From sequence record MT833387.1: 39,390 bases of DNA; one strand, written 5' to 3'. The position numbers and the translations under genes are program-made. This DNA comes from Escherichia phage HF4s. Positions 1-11,514 of the stretch are shown piece by piece. The notes below the pieces were generated by a model. The model was not told the DNA's origin and did no database searches. It worked only from the letters and a program-made list of their open reading frames with translations. Position 1 is the first letter of the stretch; each line of letters opens with the position of its first letter.

Positions 1-13
1 AAGTGAGATAAAT

Positions 14-436
14 ATGGCGACTGAACCAAAAGCTGGTCGCCCCTCTGATTATATGCCGGAGGTGGCTGACGATATCTGCTCGTTGCTTTCTTCTGGCGAA
101 AGTTTGCTGAAAGTATGTAAGCGTCCTGGTATGCCGGATAAGTCCACTGTTTTCCGCTGGTTGGCAAAGCATGAGGATTTTCGCGACAAGTACGCGAAGG
201 CAACTGAGGCACGAGCTGATTCTATTTTCGAAGAGATATTCGAAATTGCTGACAATGCGATTCCAGATGCTGCTGAGGTGGCAAAGGCAAGACTTCGCGT
301 TGATACCCGCAAATGGGCGCTGGCCCGAATGAATCCCCGTAAGTATGGCGACAAGGTAACTAACGAGCTTGTCGGTAAGGACGGCGGCGCAATCCAGATT
401 GAAACATCACCGATGAGCACTCTATTCGGAAAATGA
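14..436 (+). CDS. terminase small subunit (Sf6 gp1 / P22 gp3 type)
   Basis: 140-aa ORF opening the morphogenesis block, 4-nt overlap with the large terminase; size and position match Sf6-type TerS. Confidence 0.85.
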   Translation: MATEPKAGRPSDYMPEVADDICSLLSSGESLLKVCKRPGMPDKSTVFRWLAKHEDFRDKYAKATEARADSIFEEIFEIADNAIPDAAEVAKARLRVDTRKWALARMNPRKYGDKVTNELVGKDGGAIQIETSPMSTLFGK

Positions 437-1845
437 CCTCGATTAATCCTATCTTTGAACCGTTCATTAAGGCGCATCGCTACAAAGTCGCCAAAGGCGG
501 TCGAGGTAGCGGTAAATCATGGGCAATTGCGAGGCTGCTTGTTGAAGCGGCGCGTCGGCAGCCGGTGCGTATTCTCTGCGCTCGTGAACTGCAAAACAGT
601 ATCAGCGATTCGGTAATCCGGTTGCTTGAAGACACCATAGAGCGGGAAGGGTATTCGGCCGAGTTTGAAATTCAGCGTTCCATGATTCGTCATCTCGGAA
701 CTAATGCTGAGTTCATGTTCTACGGCATCAAAAACAACCCGACAAAGATTAAATCGCTCGAAGGTATTGATATCTGCTGGGTGGAGGAAGCGGAAGCGGT
801 AACGAAGGAATCGTGGGATATTCTGATACCAACCATCCGTAAGCCGTTCTCTGAAATATGGGTAAGCTTCAACCCGAAAAACATCCTCGACGATACCTAT
901 CAGCGATTCGTCGTAAACCCTCCTGATGATATTTGTCTGCTGACGGTGAACTACACCGACAACCCGCACTTTCCTGAAGTTCTCCGTCTGGAGATGGAAG
1001 AGTGTAAACGCAGAAATCCGACACTGTATCGTCACATCTGGCTTGGTGAGCCAGTAAGCGCAAGTGATATGGCAATCATCAAACGTGAATGGCTTGAAGC
1101 CGCAACCGATGCGCACAAGAAACTCGGATGGAAAGCGAAAGGCGCTGTTGTCTCTGCGCATGACCCATCAGATACAGGGCCAGATGCTAAAGGTTATGCA
1201 TCGCGTCACGGTTCGGTAGTTAAGCGCATTGCCGAAGGTCTGCTGATGGACATCAATGAAGGTGCTGACTGGGCTACTTCGCTGGCAATTGAAGACGGCG
1301 CTGACCATTACCTGTGGGATGGTGATGGCGTCGGTGCGGGCCTACGCCGACAGACAACGGAAGCGTTCTCCGGCAAGAAAATCACCGCCACGATGTTCAA
1401 GGGTAGCGAATCGCCATTCGATGAAGATGCATCGTACCAGGCCGGAGCATGGGCTGATGAAGTCGTACAGGGTGACAACGTTCGCACTATTGGCGATGTG
1501 TTCCGCAATAAGCGAGCGCAATTCTATTACGCGCTGGCTGACAGGCTGTATCTGACATATCGGTCGGTTGTCCACGGTGAGTATGCAGACCCCGACGACA
1601 TGCTGAGTTTCGACAAAGAAGCGATAGGCGAGAAGATGCTGGAGAAGCTGTTTGCAGAACTGACGCAGATTCAGCGCAAATTCAATAACAACGGGAAGCT
1701 GGAGCTAATGACTAAGGTCGAAATGAAGCAGAAGCTCGGTATTCCATCTCCTAACCTGGCTGATGCGCTGATGATGTGTATGCATTGCCCGGCATTGGTC
1801 CGCGAAGAAACAGAAATATACGTTCCCTCATCCTCCGGTTGGTAA
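433..1845 (+). CDS. terminase large subunit
   Basis: 470 aa; N-terminal Walker A (GGRGSGKS) ATPase followed by nuclease-like C-terminal half; position after TerS. Confidence 0.93.
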   Translation: MTSINPIFEPFIKAHRYKVAKGGRGSGKSWAIARLLVEAARRQPVRILCARELQNSISDSVIRLLEDTIEREGYSAEFEIQRSMIRHLGTNAEFMFYGIKNNPTKIKSLEGIDICWVEEAEAVTKESWDILIPTIRKPFSEIWVSFNPKNILDDTYQRFVVNPPDDICLLTVNYTDNPHFPEVLRLEMEECKRRNPTLYRHIWLGEPVSASDMAIIKREWLEAATDAHKKLGWKAKGAVVSAHDPSDTGPDAKGYASRHGSVVKRIAEGLLMDINEGADWATSLAIEDGADHYLWDGDGVGAGLRRQTTEAFSGKKITATMFKGSESPFDEDASYQAGAWADEVVQGDNVRTIGDVFRNKRAQFYYALADRLYLTYRSVVHGEYADPDDMLSFDKEAIGEKMLEKLFAELTQIQRKFNNNGKLELMTKVEMKQKLGIPSPNLADALMMCMHCPALVREETEIYVPSSSGW

Positions 1846-1847
1846 AC

Positions 1848-3973
1848 ATGGCAGAGACATTAGAGAAAAACATGAGCGGATCATGCTCAGGTTTGACCGC
1901 GCCTATTCTCCACAGAAGGAAGTGCGCGAAAAGTGCATTGAAGCTACGAGGTTTGCTCGTGTCCCCGGAGGTCAATGGGAAGGAGCAACGGCGGCTGGAA
2001 CTAAGCTTGATGAGCAGTTAGAGAAGTATCCTAAGTTTGAAATCAATAAGGTAGCAACTGAACTTAACCGCATCATTGCAGAATACCGCAATAACAGAAT
2101 CACTGTTAAGTTTCGTCCTGGTGACAGAGAGGCAAGCGAAGAGTTAGCCAATAAATTAAATGGTCTGTTCCGTGCTGACTACGAAGAAACTGATGGCGGT
2201 GAGGCTTGTGATAATGCATTTGACGACGCTGCTACTGGTGGTTTCGGTTGCTTCCGTTTGACGTCGATGCTGGTCAATGAATACGACCCCATGGACGATC
2301 GTCAGCGTATTGCTATTGAACCAATATACGACCCGTCGCGCTCTGTGTGGTTTGACCCTGACGCTAAGAAGTACGACAAATCTGACGCGTTGTGGGCGTT
2401 CTGCATGTATTCGTTGTCACCTGAAAAATATGAGGCTGAATACGGAAAGAAACCTCCTGCTTCTCTGGATGTAACGTCTATGACCAGTTGGGAATATGAC
2501 TGGTTTGATGAAGATGTTATTTACATAGCGAAGTATTACGAAGTTCGTAAAGAGTCTGTTGACGTCATCAGTTATCGACATCCAATCACTGGAGAGATTG
2601 CAACATACGACAGTGATCAGGTTGAAGATATTGAAGATGAACTGGCAATAGCTGGATTTCATGAAGTGGCAAGGCGCTCAGTGAAGCGCCGTCGTGTGTA
2701 TGTATCCGTAGTGGATGGTGATGGTTTCCTTGAGAAACCTCGACGTATTCCTGGTGAACATATCCCCCTCATCCCGGTTTATGGAAAACGCTGGTTCATT
2801 GATGACATTGAGCGTGTCGAAGGGCACATTGCAAAAGCAATGGATCCACAACGTTTGTACAACCTTCAGGTTTCAATGCTGGCTGATACTGCAGCGCAAG
2901 ACCCCGGTCAGATCCCTATAGTTGGCATGGAGCAAATTCGTGGACTTGAGAAGCACTGGGAGGCTCGCAACAAGAAACGCCCAGCGTTCTTGCCGTTGCG
3001 CGAAGTGAGAGATAAATCTGGCAACATTATCGCTGGAGCTACCCCTGCAGGATATACACAGCCTGCGGTTATGAATCAGGCATTGGCTGCATTACTACAG
3101 CAAACCAGTGCAGATATTCAGGAGGTTACAGGCGGCAGTCAGGCCATGCAGCAGATGCCAAGTAATATTGCTCAGGAAACGGTTAACAACTTGATGAACA
3201 GAGCAGATATGGCTTCGTTTATCTATCTGGACAATATGGCGAAAAGTCTTAAACGCGCTGGTGAAGTATGGCTGTCAATGGCGCGTGAAGTGTACGGTTC
3301 AGAACGTGAAGTGCGCATCGTTAACGAAGATGGAAGTGATGATATCGCTGTCCTGAGCGCACAGGTTGTTGACAGGCAAACAGGGGCTGTTGTTGCGTTA
3401 AATGACCTTTCTGTCGGTCGATACGATGTGACGGTTGATGTTGGACCAAGCTACACAGCACGACGTGATGCAACGGTTTCTGTACTGACAAATGTCCTTA
3501 GCTCTATGCTTCCAACAGACCCAATGCGCCCGGCAATTCAGGGTATTATTCTGGACAATATCGATGGCGAAGGCCTTGATGACTTCAAAGAGTACAACCG
3601 AAACCAACTGCTGATATCTGGTATTGCAAAACCACGCAATGAGAAAGAGAAGCAGATTGTTCAACAGGCGCAAATGGCAGCACAAAGCCAGCCAAATCCT
3701 GAAATGGTTCTCGCTCAGGCGCAAATGGTAGCAGCGCAGGCAGAAGCGCAAAAAGCAACTAACGAAACTGCTCAAACTCAAATCAAAGCATTTACTGCCC
3801 AGCAGGATGCGATGGAGAGTCAGGCAAACACTGTCTATAAACTGGCTCAAGCCAGAAACATCGATGACAAAGCAGTGATGGAGGCAATACGCCTTCTGAA
3901 AGATGTCGCCGAGTCACAACAACAGCAATTCCAGTCACCACCACAGTCACCGGCAGACTTAATGCCGAGTTAA
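1848..3973 (+). CDS. portal protein (P22 gp1 / Sf6 gp3 type), N-terminus disrupted by apparent frameshift
   Basis: Longest intact ORF is 1883..3973 (696 aa), with an N-terminal region aligning to P22 portal. An ATG at 1848 with MAETLEKN lies 3 nt after the terL stop in another frame; restoring one A in the A5 run 1866-1870 gives MAETLEKKHERIMLRFD, co-linear with the P22 portal N-terminus. Confidence 0.85.
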
Positions 3974-3986
3974 CCAGGAGTAATCA

Positions 3987-4870
3987 ATGGAAAACGAACT
4001 GATCATCGACGGTCAGGTTATTGACCTGTCTGAAACACAGGAAAATGCAGAAGAAACCATCATCCAAACAGAGTCACAGCCTGAGAATGAAAGCCAGGAT
4101 GACAACGGAAAAGAGATGGCAACTGATCCTGAAAAACCGAAGAGACACCAGAAGATTACGCCTTGCGTATTGGTGATGAAGAAATTCAGCTTAACGCTGA
4201 CGATGATGATCACATTGACGGGCAACCTGCACCGCAATGGGTGAAAGATCTTCGCAAAGGCTTCAAAGAAACACAGAAAGAAAACCGTGAGTTGCGCCGC
4301 CAGCTTGAGGAAGCATTAGCCAAGCCTGCGGAACATCAGCAACCACAACCAGACGCTATTCCACCAAAACCGACTCTTGAGTCGTGTGATTATGACGAAC
4401 AGGCGTTTGAACAGGCATTGACTGATTGGCATGAGAAAAAAGGCCGTGTCGAACAGCAGCAGCAACAAAAACTACGTCAGCAACAGGAATACCAACAGCG
4501 TTTCCAGCAAAGGGTAGAAGCGCATAAACAACGGGCAGCCAAACTTCCTGTGAAAGATTATCAGGAAATGGAGGCCATTGTTCTTAGTGAGCTACCACCA
4601 ATTCAGCAGGAAATCATCATTCACTGTGCAGACGAAGGCTCTGAACTACTCGCCTATGGCTTAGGTAAGAGCCAGCAATTACGCCAGCGTGTAGCCGCTG
4701 AGACAGATCCAATTCGCGCAGCATTCCTCTTGGGGCAGATTAGCAAACAGGTAAGCCTTGCTCCAAAACCAAAGAAAGCCATCAAGCCAGAGCCGGAAGT
4801 ACGTGGTGGCGGTGCTGATGCGAAACAAGACGAATTCAACAAATTATGCCCCGGCGCAAAAATCGAATAA
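3987..4870 (+). CDS. scaffolding protein (P22 gp8-like), split by apparent frameshift
   Basis: Two overlapping ORFs (3987..4244 and 4163..4870 with a TTG start) between portal and coat; acidic N-terminus and charged helical C-terminus typical of scaffold; frame change at the A5 run 4132-4136. Confidence 0.7.
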
Positions 4871-4881
4871 GGAAAAGATAA

Positions 4882-6153
4882 ATGCCTAACAATCTCGACA
4901 GTAACGTCAGTCAAATCGTTCTGAAAAAATTCCTTCCGGGTTTTATGTCAGATTTAGTTCTGGCGAAAACCGTAGACCGTCAGTTGCTGGCAGGTGAAAT
5001 CAACTCCAGCACTGGCGATAGCGTTAGCTTTAAACGTCCGCATCAATTCTCATCCCTCCGTACTCCCACTGGTGATATTTCAGGGCAAAATAAAAACAAC
5101 CTGATCTCAGGTAAAGCTACGGGGCGTGTAGGTAACTACATCACTGTTGCTGTTGAATATCAGCAACTGGAGGAAGCGATCAAGCTTAACCAACTGGAAG
5201 AAATTCTCGCGCCGGTTCGCCAGCGAATCGTTACCGACCTTGAAACAGAGCTTGCTCACTTCATGATGAATAACGGTGCGTTGTCACTTGGTAGCCCCAA
5301 TACTCCAATCACCAAATGGTCTGATGTTGCGCAGACGGCATCTTTCCTGAAAGACCTCGGCGTTAATGAAGGTGAAAACTATGCTGTAATGGATCCATGG
5401 TCTGCACAGCGACTTGCTGATGCGCAGACTGGTTTGCACGCTTCAGATCAATTGGTTCGTACTGCATGGGAGAATGCGCAGATTCCAACCAATTTTGGCG
5501 GCATTCGCGCACTGATGTCTAATGGGCTTGCCTCTCGTACGCAGGGGGCATTTGGCGGAACACTGACAGTCAAAACACAGCCAACTGTTACCTATAACGC
5601 AGTTAAAGACTCATACCAGTTCACTGTAACATTGACCGGAGCGACAGCCAGCATTACAGGTTTTCTGAGAGCTGGTGATCAGGTTAAATTCACCAATACC
5701 TACTGGCTGCAACAGCAGACCAAACAGGCGTTGTATAACGGAGCCACACCAATTAGCTTCACTGCAACGGTTACTGCTGATGCTAATTCAGACAGCAGTG
5801 GCGATGTGACGGTTACGCTTTCTGGTGTTCCGATTTATGACACGACAAACCCGCAGTACAACTCTGTAAGTCGTCAGGTAGCGGCAGGCGATGCCGTATC
5901 TGTAGTAGGCACTGCTAGCCAGACAATGAAGCCAAACCTGTTCTATAACAAGTTCTTCTGTGGACTTGGCTCTATCCCACTGCCGAAACTGCACAGTATT
6001 GATTCTGCTGTTGCAACATATGAAGGTTTCTCCATCCGCGTACATAAATACGCAGATGGCGATGCCAACGTGCAAAAAATGCGCTTTGACTTACTGCCTG
6101 CATATGTGTGCTTTAACCCTCACATGGGCGGTCAGTTCTTCGGTAATCCGTAA
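4882..6153 (+). CDS. major capsid (coat) protein, P22 gp5 / Sf6 gp5 type
   Basis: 423 aa, directly after scaffold with a strong RBS; length and position match the P22-like coat. Confidence 0.9.
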   Translation: MPNNLDSNVSQIVLKKFLPGFMSDLVLAKTVDRQLLAGEINSSTGDSVSFKRPHQFSSLRTPTGDISGQNKNNLISGKATGRVGNYITVAVEYQQLEEAIKLNQLEEILAPVRQRIVTDLETELAHFMMNNGALSLGSPNTPITKWSDVAQTASFLKDLGVNEGENYAVMDPWSAQRLADAQTGLHASDQLVRTAWENAQIPTNFGGIRALMSNGLASRTQGAFGGTLTVKTQPTVTYNAVKDSYQFTVTLTGATASITGFLRAGDQVKFTNTYWLQQQTKQALYNGATPISFTATVTADANSDSSGDVTVTLSGVPIYDTTNPQYNSVSRQVAAGDAVSVVGTASQTMKPNLFYNKFFCGLGSIPLPKLHSIDSAVATYEGFSIRVHKYADGDANVQKMRFDLLPAYVCFNPHMGGQFFGNP

Positions 6154-6159
6154 TAACAA

Positions 6160-6177
6160 GGGGCTTCCGCCCCTTTT
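6160..6177 (+). terminator. intrinsic terminator-like hairpin after the coat gene
   Basis: GGGGC-ttcc-GCCCC stem-loop followed by TTTT, 7 nt after the coat stop. Confidence 0.5.
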
Positions 6178-6195
6178 ATGTTTTAAGGAAACAAT

Positions 6196-6381
6196 ATGGA
6201 TCGCATGAGTGTATTCCTTGCCGCAGATAACGAATCCGGACATGTACAGGCCGTTATCGCAGAAAAAGACTTCCAGTTTTTCGAAAAGTTGGGCTTTGTT
6301 GCCTCAGTTGATGAATTGAAACCGACCAGTAAGCGAGGTCGTAAGGCGGCAGACAATGGCAACAGTACTGACAAAGGGTGA
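6196..6381 (+). CDS. small hypothetical protein (Sf6 gene 6 position)
   Basis: 61-aa ORF between coat and the gp4-like gene, with RBS; overlaps the next gene by 26 nt. Confidence 0.5.
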   Translation: MDRMSVFLAADNESGHVQAVIAEKDFQFFEKLGFVASVDELKPTSKRGRKAADNGNSTDKG

Positions 6382-6838
6382 GATCGTCCTTTTTGCGCTT
6401 CGTAAGTTTGCTATTGCTTCTAATGCATCGCTGACTGATGTTGAGCCGCAATCAATTGAAGATGGTGTAAATGATCTGGAAGATATGATGTCCGAGTGGA
6501 TGATTAACCCCGGCGACATTGGTTACGCTTTCGCAACTGGAGATGAGCAGCCATTACCAGATGATGAGTCAGGTCTTCCAAGAAAATACAAACACGCAGT
6601 AGGCTATCAGTTATTGCTGAGAATGCTATCTGATTACAGCCTTGAACCAACTCCGCAAGTTCTCAGTAACGCCCAACGCTCATATGATGCCTTGATGACC
6701 GACACTCTGGTTGTTCCTTCAATGCGACGACGTGGAGATTTTCCTGTATGGCAGGGTAATAAATATGACGTGTTCACATCTGACCGATATTATCCAGGCG
6801 ATCTCCCTCTGATTGATGGCGATATCCCAAACGCATAG
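6356..6838 (+). CDS. tail accessory / head completion protein (P22 gp4-like)
   Basis: 160 aa; N-terminus aligns with P22 gp4 (conserved ASxASLTDVEPQS motif). Confidence 0.8.
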   Translation: MATVLTKGEIVLFALRKFAIASNASLTDVEPQSIEDGVNDLEDMMSEWMINPGDIGYAFATGDEQPLPDDESGLPRKYKHAVGYQLLLRMLSDYSLEPTPQVLSNAQRSYDALMTDTLVVPSMRRRGDFPVWQGNKYDVFTSDRYYPGDLPLIDGDIPNA

Positions 6839-6846
6839 GTGAATAA

Positions 6847-8265
6847 ATGCCTATTCAGCAACTTCCGCTTATGAAAGGTGTCGGCAAAGACTTCCGAAAC
6901 GCTGACTATATCGACTATCTGCCAGTGAATATGCTGGCTACACCCAAAGAAATCCTGAACAGCAGCGGATATCTTCGCTCATTCCCTGGCATTGCCAAAC
7001 GCTCTGATGTGAACGGTGTATCTCGCGGCGTCGAGTACAACATGGCACAAAATGCTGTTTATCGCGTGTGTGGTGGCAAGCTGTACAAAGGCGAAAGTGA
7101 AGTCGGTGACGTTGCCGGAAGTGGTCGCGTATCAATGGCGCATGGTCGAACATCACAGGCAGTAGGCGTTAATGGTCAACTGGTCGAGTATCGCTATGAT
7201 GGCACGGTTAAAACCGTCTCAAACTGGCCTACTGATAGCGGGTTCACTCAGTATGAGTTAGGCTCGGTCCGCGACATTACGCGCTTACGTGGGCGTTATG
7301 CGTGGTCAAAAGACGGAACTGATTCATGGTTTATCACTGACCTTGAAGACGAATCGCATCCTGACCGCTACAGCGCACAATATCGCGCAGAATCTCAGCC
7401 GGACGGCATCATCGGCATCGGAACATGGCGAGACTTCATCGTATGCTTTGGTTCATCAACGATTGAATATTTCTCCCTGACTGGGGCAACCACCGTTGGT
7501 GCCGCTTTGTATGTCGCACAGCCATCACTGATGGTGCAGAAAGGCATTGCCGGAACTTACTGCAAAACGCCATTCGCTGATTCTTATGCGTTCATCAGCA
7601 ATCCGGCAACAGGTGCGCCGTCTGTATATATCATCGGCTCCGGTCAGGTATCACCAATCGCCAGCGCGAGCATTGAGAAAATACTGCGCTCCTACACTGC
7701 TGATGAACTGGCTGATGGCGTGATGGAATCGTTGCGGTTTGATGCTCATGAGTTGCTGATTATTCACCTGCCGCGCCATGTTCTGGTGTACGACGCATCT
7801 TCAAGCGCCAATGGTCCGCAATGGTGTGTGCTGAAAACAGGCCTGTATGACGATGTGTACCGCGCTATCGACTTCATTTACGAAGGCAATCAGATAACAT
7901 GCGGCGATAAACTGGAATCCGTGACCGGGAAATTGCAGTTCGATATCAGCAGCCAGTATGGGCTACAGCAAGAACACCTGTTGTTTACACCACTCTTCAA
8001 AGCTGAGAACGCCAGATGTTTTGATCTGGAAGTTGAATCATCGACTGGTGTCGCTCAGTACGCTGACCGCCTGTTCCTCTCTGCAACCACTGACGGCATA
8101 AATTACGGACGTGAGCAGATGATTGAGCAGAATGAACCGTTCGTTTACGACAAACGCGTTTTGTGGAAGCGTGTCGGGCGAATCAGGAAAAATGTCGGCT
8201 TCAAACTTCGCGTTATCACGAAGTCACCTGTAACTCTGTCTGGCGCTCAGATAAGGATTGAGTAA
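6847..8265 (+). CDS. tail hub protein (P22 gp10-like)
   Basis: 472 aa, same length and position as P22 gp10. Confidence 0.8.
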   Translation: MPIQQLPLMKGVGKDFRNADYIDYLPVNMLATPKEILNSSGYLRSFPGIAKRSDVNGVSRGVEYNMAQNAVYRVCGGKLYKGESEVGDVAGSGRVSMAHGRTSQAVGVNGQLVEYRYDGTVKTVSNWPTDSGFTQYELGSVRDITRLRGRYAWSKDGTDSWFITDLEDESHPDRYSAQYRAESQPDGIIGIGTWRDFIVCFGSSTIEYFSLTGATTVGAALYVAQPSLMVQKGIAGTYCKTPFADSYAFISNPATGAPSVYIIGSGQVSPIASASIEKILRSYTADELADGVMESLRFDAHELLIIHLPRHVLVYDASSSANGPQWCVLKTGLYDDVYRAIDFIYEGNQITCGDKLESVTGKLQFDISSQYGLQQEHLLFTPLFKAENARCFDLEVESSTGVAQYADRLFLSATTDGINYGREQMIEQNEPFVYDKRVLWKRVGRIRKNVGFKLRVITKSPVTLSGAQIRIE

Positions 8266-8966
8266 TGGCGGATTCATCACTGAATAATCCTGTCGCGATT
8301 CAGGCTACGCGCCTTGATGCTTCAATTTTGCCACGCAATATATTCAGCCAGTCTTATCTGCTGTATGTCATAAATCAGGGAGCTGATGTCGGTGCAATTG
8401 CTGGGAAGGCAAATCAGGCTGGCCAGGGCGCTTACGATGCCCAGGTAAAAAACGATGAACAGGACGTAGAACTGGCTGATCACGACGCAAGAATCACCGC
8501 AAACACAAAAGCGATAAATCTCCTTGAGGTCAGGTTAACAACCGCCGAAGGGAAGATAGTCGTACTGCGTAGCGATGTTGATTACTTGCTGGATGAGGTT
8601 ATCGATATTCAGGCGCATCTGGTCACTGTTGACCAAAGACTGGATGGCGTAGAAAGCGATGTATCTGACATTAAGAGTGATTACGTATCGAAAACCGTAA
8701 CAGAATCGCAGTCTCTTGCGTCACCGCTGGATGTAAAAACATCATATTCAGTTGATGGAATTCAGGTAGTTGGAGCAAGGCAGACTGGATGGACTGCAGC
8801 CACAGGTACGCCACTTCTTGGCTCATTCAACGCTAACCAGTCATACACGGTCGGCACTACGTACACGCAATCCGAAGTCGCAGCTCTCGCAACAGGTTTG
8901 CAGCAGGCGCGGCAGCGTATTCTGGCGCTTGAAACAGCACTTAGATTACATGGGCTGATTGACTGA
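8265..8966 (+). CDS. tail needle protein (P22 gp26-like)
   Basis: 233 aa, same length as P22 gp26; heptad-rich central region consistent with a trimeric coiled-coil needle. Confidence 0.8.
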   Translation: MADSSLNNPVAIQATRLDASILPRNIFSQSYLLYVINQGADVGAIAGKANQAGQGAYDAQVKNDEQDVELADHDARITANTKAINLLEVRLTTAEGKIVVLRSDVDYLLDEVIDIQAHLVTVDQRLDGVESDVSDIKSDYVSKTVTESQSLASPLDVKTSYSVDGIQVVGARQTGWTAATGTPLLGSFNANQSYTVGTTYTQSEVAALATGLQQARQRILALETALRLHGLID

Positions 8967-9421
8967 TGATTACATTCAAACCAACGCGAAACATCGACCT
9001 GATCGAAGCAGTCGGAAATCACCCTGACATTATCGCCGGTAGCAACAACGGCGATGGATACGACTACAAACCTGAATGCCGTTACTTTGAGGTGAACGTG
9101 CACGGGCAGTTCGGCGGAATTGTTTACTATCAGGAGATTCAGCCGCTGACCTTTGATTGCCACGCCATGTACCTGCCAGAGATTCGCGGATTCAGCAAGG
9201 AAATCGGGCTGGCTTTCTGGCGATACATTCTGACGAACACCACCGTTCAGTGCGTCACATCGTTCGCTGCACGCAAATTCCGCCACGGGCAGATGTACTG
9301 CGCAATGATTGGCCTTAAGCGTGTAGGAACCATCAAGAAATACTTCAAAGGCGTGGATGACGTGACGTTTTACAGCGCCACACGCGAAGAACTAATCGAC
9401 TTCCTGAATCACGGGAGATAG
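8966..9421 (+). CDS. P22 gp14-like virion protein
   Basis: 151-aa ORF in the gp14 position between needle and ejection genes. Confidence 0.6.
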   Translation: MITFKPTRNIDLIEAVGNHPDIIAGSNNGDGYDYKPECRYFEVNVHGQFGGIVYYQEIQPLTFDCHAMYLPEIRGFSKEIGLAFWRYILTNTTVQCVTSFAARKFRHGQMYCAMIGLKRVGTIKKYFKGVDDVTFYSATREELIDFLNHGR

Positions 9422-9423
9422 CC

Positions 9424-10116
9424 ATGTTATATGCATTTAAGCTGGGCAGAAAACTGCGCGGCGAGGAACCTTATTGCCCTGAAAAAGGCGGGAAAGGTGG
9501 CAGCTCTGATAAAAGCGCAAAGTATGCAGCAGAAGCTCAGAAGTATGCCGCAGACATGCAAAATCAGCAGTGGCAGACGATCATGAAAAACCTTGCTCCG
9601 TTCACGCCGCTTGCGGAGCAGTATGTTAACCAGCTTCAGAATCTTTCCAGTTTAGAAGGACAGGGGCAGGCACTTAATCAGTATTACAACTCTCAGCAGT
9701 ATAAAGACCTTGCAGGTCAGGCTCGCTACCAGAATCTTGCTGCTGCGGAGGCGACGGGGGGACTTGGTTCGACAGCCACAAGCAATCAACTGGCTACGAT
9801 CGCGCCGACACTCGGTCAGTCTTGGTTATCAAACCAGATGAGCAATTACAACAATCTGGCAAACGTTGGGCTTGGTGCTCTGCAAGGTCAGGCAAACGCC
9901 GGGCAGACGTACGCCAACAACATGAGCAGCATTGCACAGCAAAGCGCAGCTCTTGCCGCTGCTAATGCCAACAAACCATCAAGTCTTCAGACAGCAATTA
10001 GTAGCGGAACGTCTGGTGCGATTGCCGGTGCAGGTCTTGCCAGCCTTTTGGGAACATCAACACCTTGGGGCGCTGGCATTGGTGCTGGTATCGGATTGCT
10101 TGGTTCGTTGTTTTAA
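9424..10116 (+). CDS. ejection (internal virion) protein, P22 gp7-like
   Basis: 230 aa; Q/N/A-rich with Gly-rich hydrophobic C-terminus; position and size match gp7. Confidence 0.75.
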   Translation: MLYAFKLGRKLRGEEPYCPEKGGKGGSSDKSAKYAAEAQKYAADMQNQQWQTIMKNLAPFTPLAEQYVNQLQNLSSLEGQGQALNQYYNSQQYKDLAGQARYQNLAAAEATGGLGSTATSNQLATIAPTLGQSWLSNQMSNYNNLANVGLGALQGQANAGQTYANNMSSIAQQSAALAAANANKPSSLQTAISSGTSGAIAGAGLASLLGTSTPWGAGIGAGIGLLGSLF

Positions 10117-10125
10117 GGGGTAATC

Positions 10126-11514
10126 ATGGCTACTTGGCAAGGATCAAATGGCGGATTGTTGGCTGGTATCGGCGGCGTCAACTCAAACGCTCCGAGCGTA
10201 AATGACATCGGCAATACGCTTCAGCTTATCAGGCAGAACAATGATATTGAGCGTTCAGGCGCTAACAATGTTGGGCTGACTGCTTTGCAAGGCCTTTCAG
10301 GTATTGCGGGGGTGTTTCAGCAGGAAAAGCAGGCTCAGCGGCAGAAAGAATTTCAGCAGGCATACGCTAATGCTTATGCGTCTGGTGATCGCGGTGCTTT
10401 GCGTCAGTTGGCTACTCAATATCCAGACCAGATTGAATCCGTTCGTAAAGGCATGGGATTCATTGATGAAGAGCAGCGTAATTCTATCGGCACCTTAGCA
10501 GCTGGCGCACGCCTTGCGGCCTCGTCTCCAGAAGCAATGCAATCATGGCTGCAAAACAACGCCAAGGAACTGGCGCGCGTCGGCGTTGACCCTAACAACG
10601 TTGCTCAGATGTATCAGCAGAATCCTTCAGGATTTGGTGAGTTTGTTGATCACCTCGGAATGGCTGCTCTTGGTCCGATTGATTACTTCAATGTTCAGGA
10701 CAAGATGGCTGGTCGTGAGATTGACAGAGGCAGACTGGCAGAGACAATCCGCAGCAATCAGGCCGGAGAGGCGCTAACAGCACGAGGTCAAAACATCACG
10801 ATGCGCGGTCAGGATTTATCTGCTTCTACTGCGCGACGCGGTCAGGATTTGGCAATGCAGCGAGCGTCAACAAGAGGAACCGCTGGGAATGACGAGCGTA
10901 CAGTTCAGTTATCAGATGGCAGAACTGTAACGGTAGGCGGGAAGCTTCACGGCGCTGGGGCTAATGCGTTCTACGAAGGCATCGACAACGAGGGGAATAT
11001 GGTTCGCGTTCCTGCCAGTTCAATCGCAGCGCCTGCAACATCGTCTGCATCAGCACAAAACTATGCCATGAAGAAGGATATCGACGCGATCGCAAATGCA
11101 GACGCTTCTGCTCTCGATTTCATGACAGGAATGACCGGCGGTGCAGGTAACCCGGCAATTGGTGCTGATGTTCGCAGCCGATTAACAGGAAAAGAGCAGC
11201 GCCAGTTATATAACTCAGCACAACGTATTCAGGGAAGAATGCAGAATCAGGGCGTGGCGGCAGCAAGGGACATGGGTGCCAGTGGTATTAACACCGTTGC
11301 AGAAGCGAAGATGTATTTTCAGGGGATGCCGCAGGTTGACTATTCAAGCCCGGAGGCTATGCAGCAGTCGATTCGTGAAATTCAGGAATACACCAACAAT
11401 TACAACCAACAATATAACGTTAATGTTGGCAAATCTCAGCGGAAGCAATCTCAACCTGCACAGGTATCACAGCCAGCAGCCAGCAGTAACTTTTCTTCAC
11501 TATGGGGTGATTAA
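10126..11514 (+). CDS. ejection protein, P22 gp20-like
   Basis: 462 aa in the gp20 position. Confidence 0.75.
   Translation: MATWQGSNGGLLAGIGGVNSNAPSVNDIGNTLQLIRQNNDIERSGANNVGLTALQGLSGIAGVFQQEKQAQRQKEFQQAYANAYASGDRGALRQLATQYPDQIESVRKGMGFIDEEQRNSIGTLAAGARLAASSPEAMQSWLQNNAKELARVGVDPNNVAQMYQQNPSGFGEFVDHLGMAALGPIDYFNVQDKMAGREIDRGRLAETIRSNQAGEALTARGQNITMRGQDLSASTARRGQDLAMQRASTRGTAGNDERTVQLSDGRTVTVGGKLHGAGANAFYEGIDNEGNMVRVPASSIAAPATSSASAQNYAMKKDIDAIANADASALDFMTGMTGGAGNPAIGADVRSRLTGKEQRQLYNSAQRIQGRMQNQGVAAARDMGASGINTVAEAKMYFQGMPQVDYSSPEAMQQSIREIQEYTNNYNQQYNVNVGKSQRKQSQPAQVSQPAASSNFSSLWGD

Noticed and set aside
517-6075. Antisense ORFs inside terL, portal, scaffold and coat (for example 517..1161, 3398..3850, 4654..4914, 5788..6075)
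   Set aside because: Fully embedded in well-supported structural genes on the opposite strand; unusual composition and no start context
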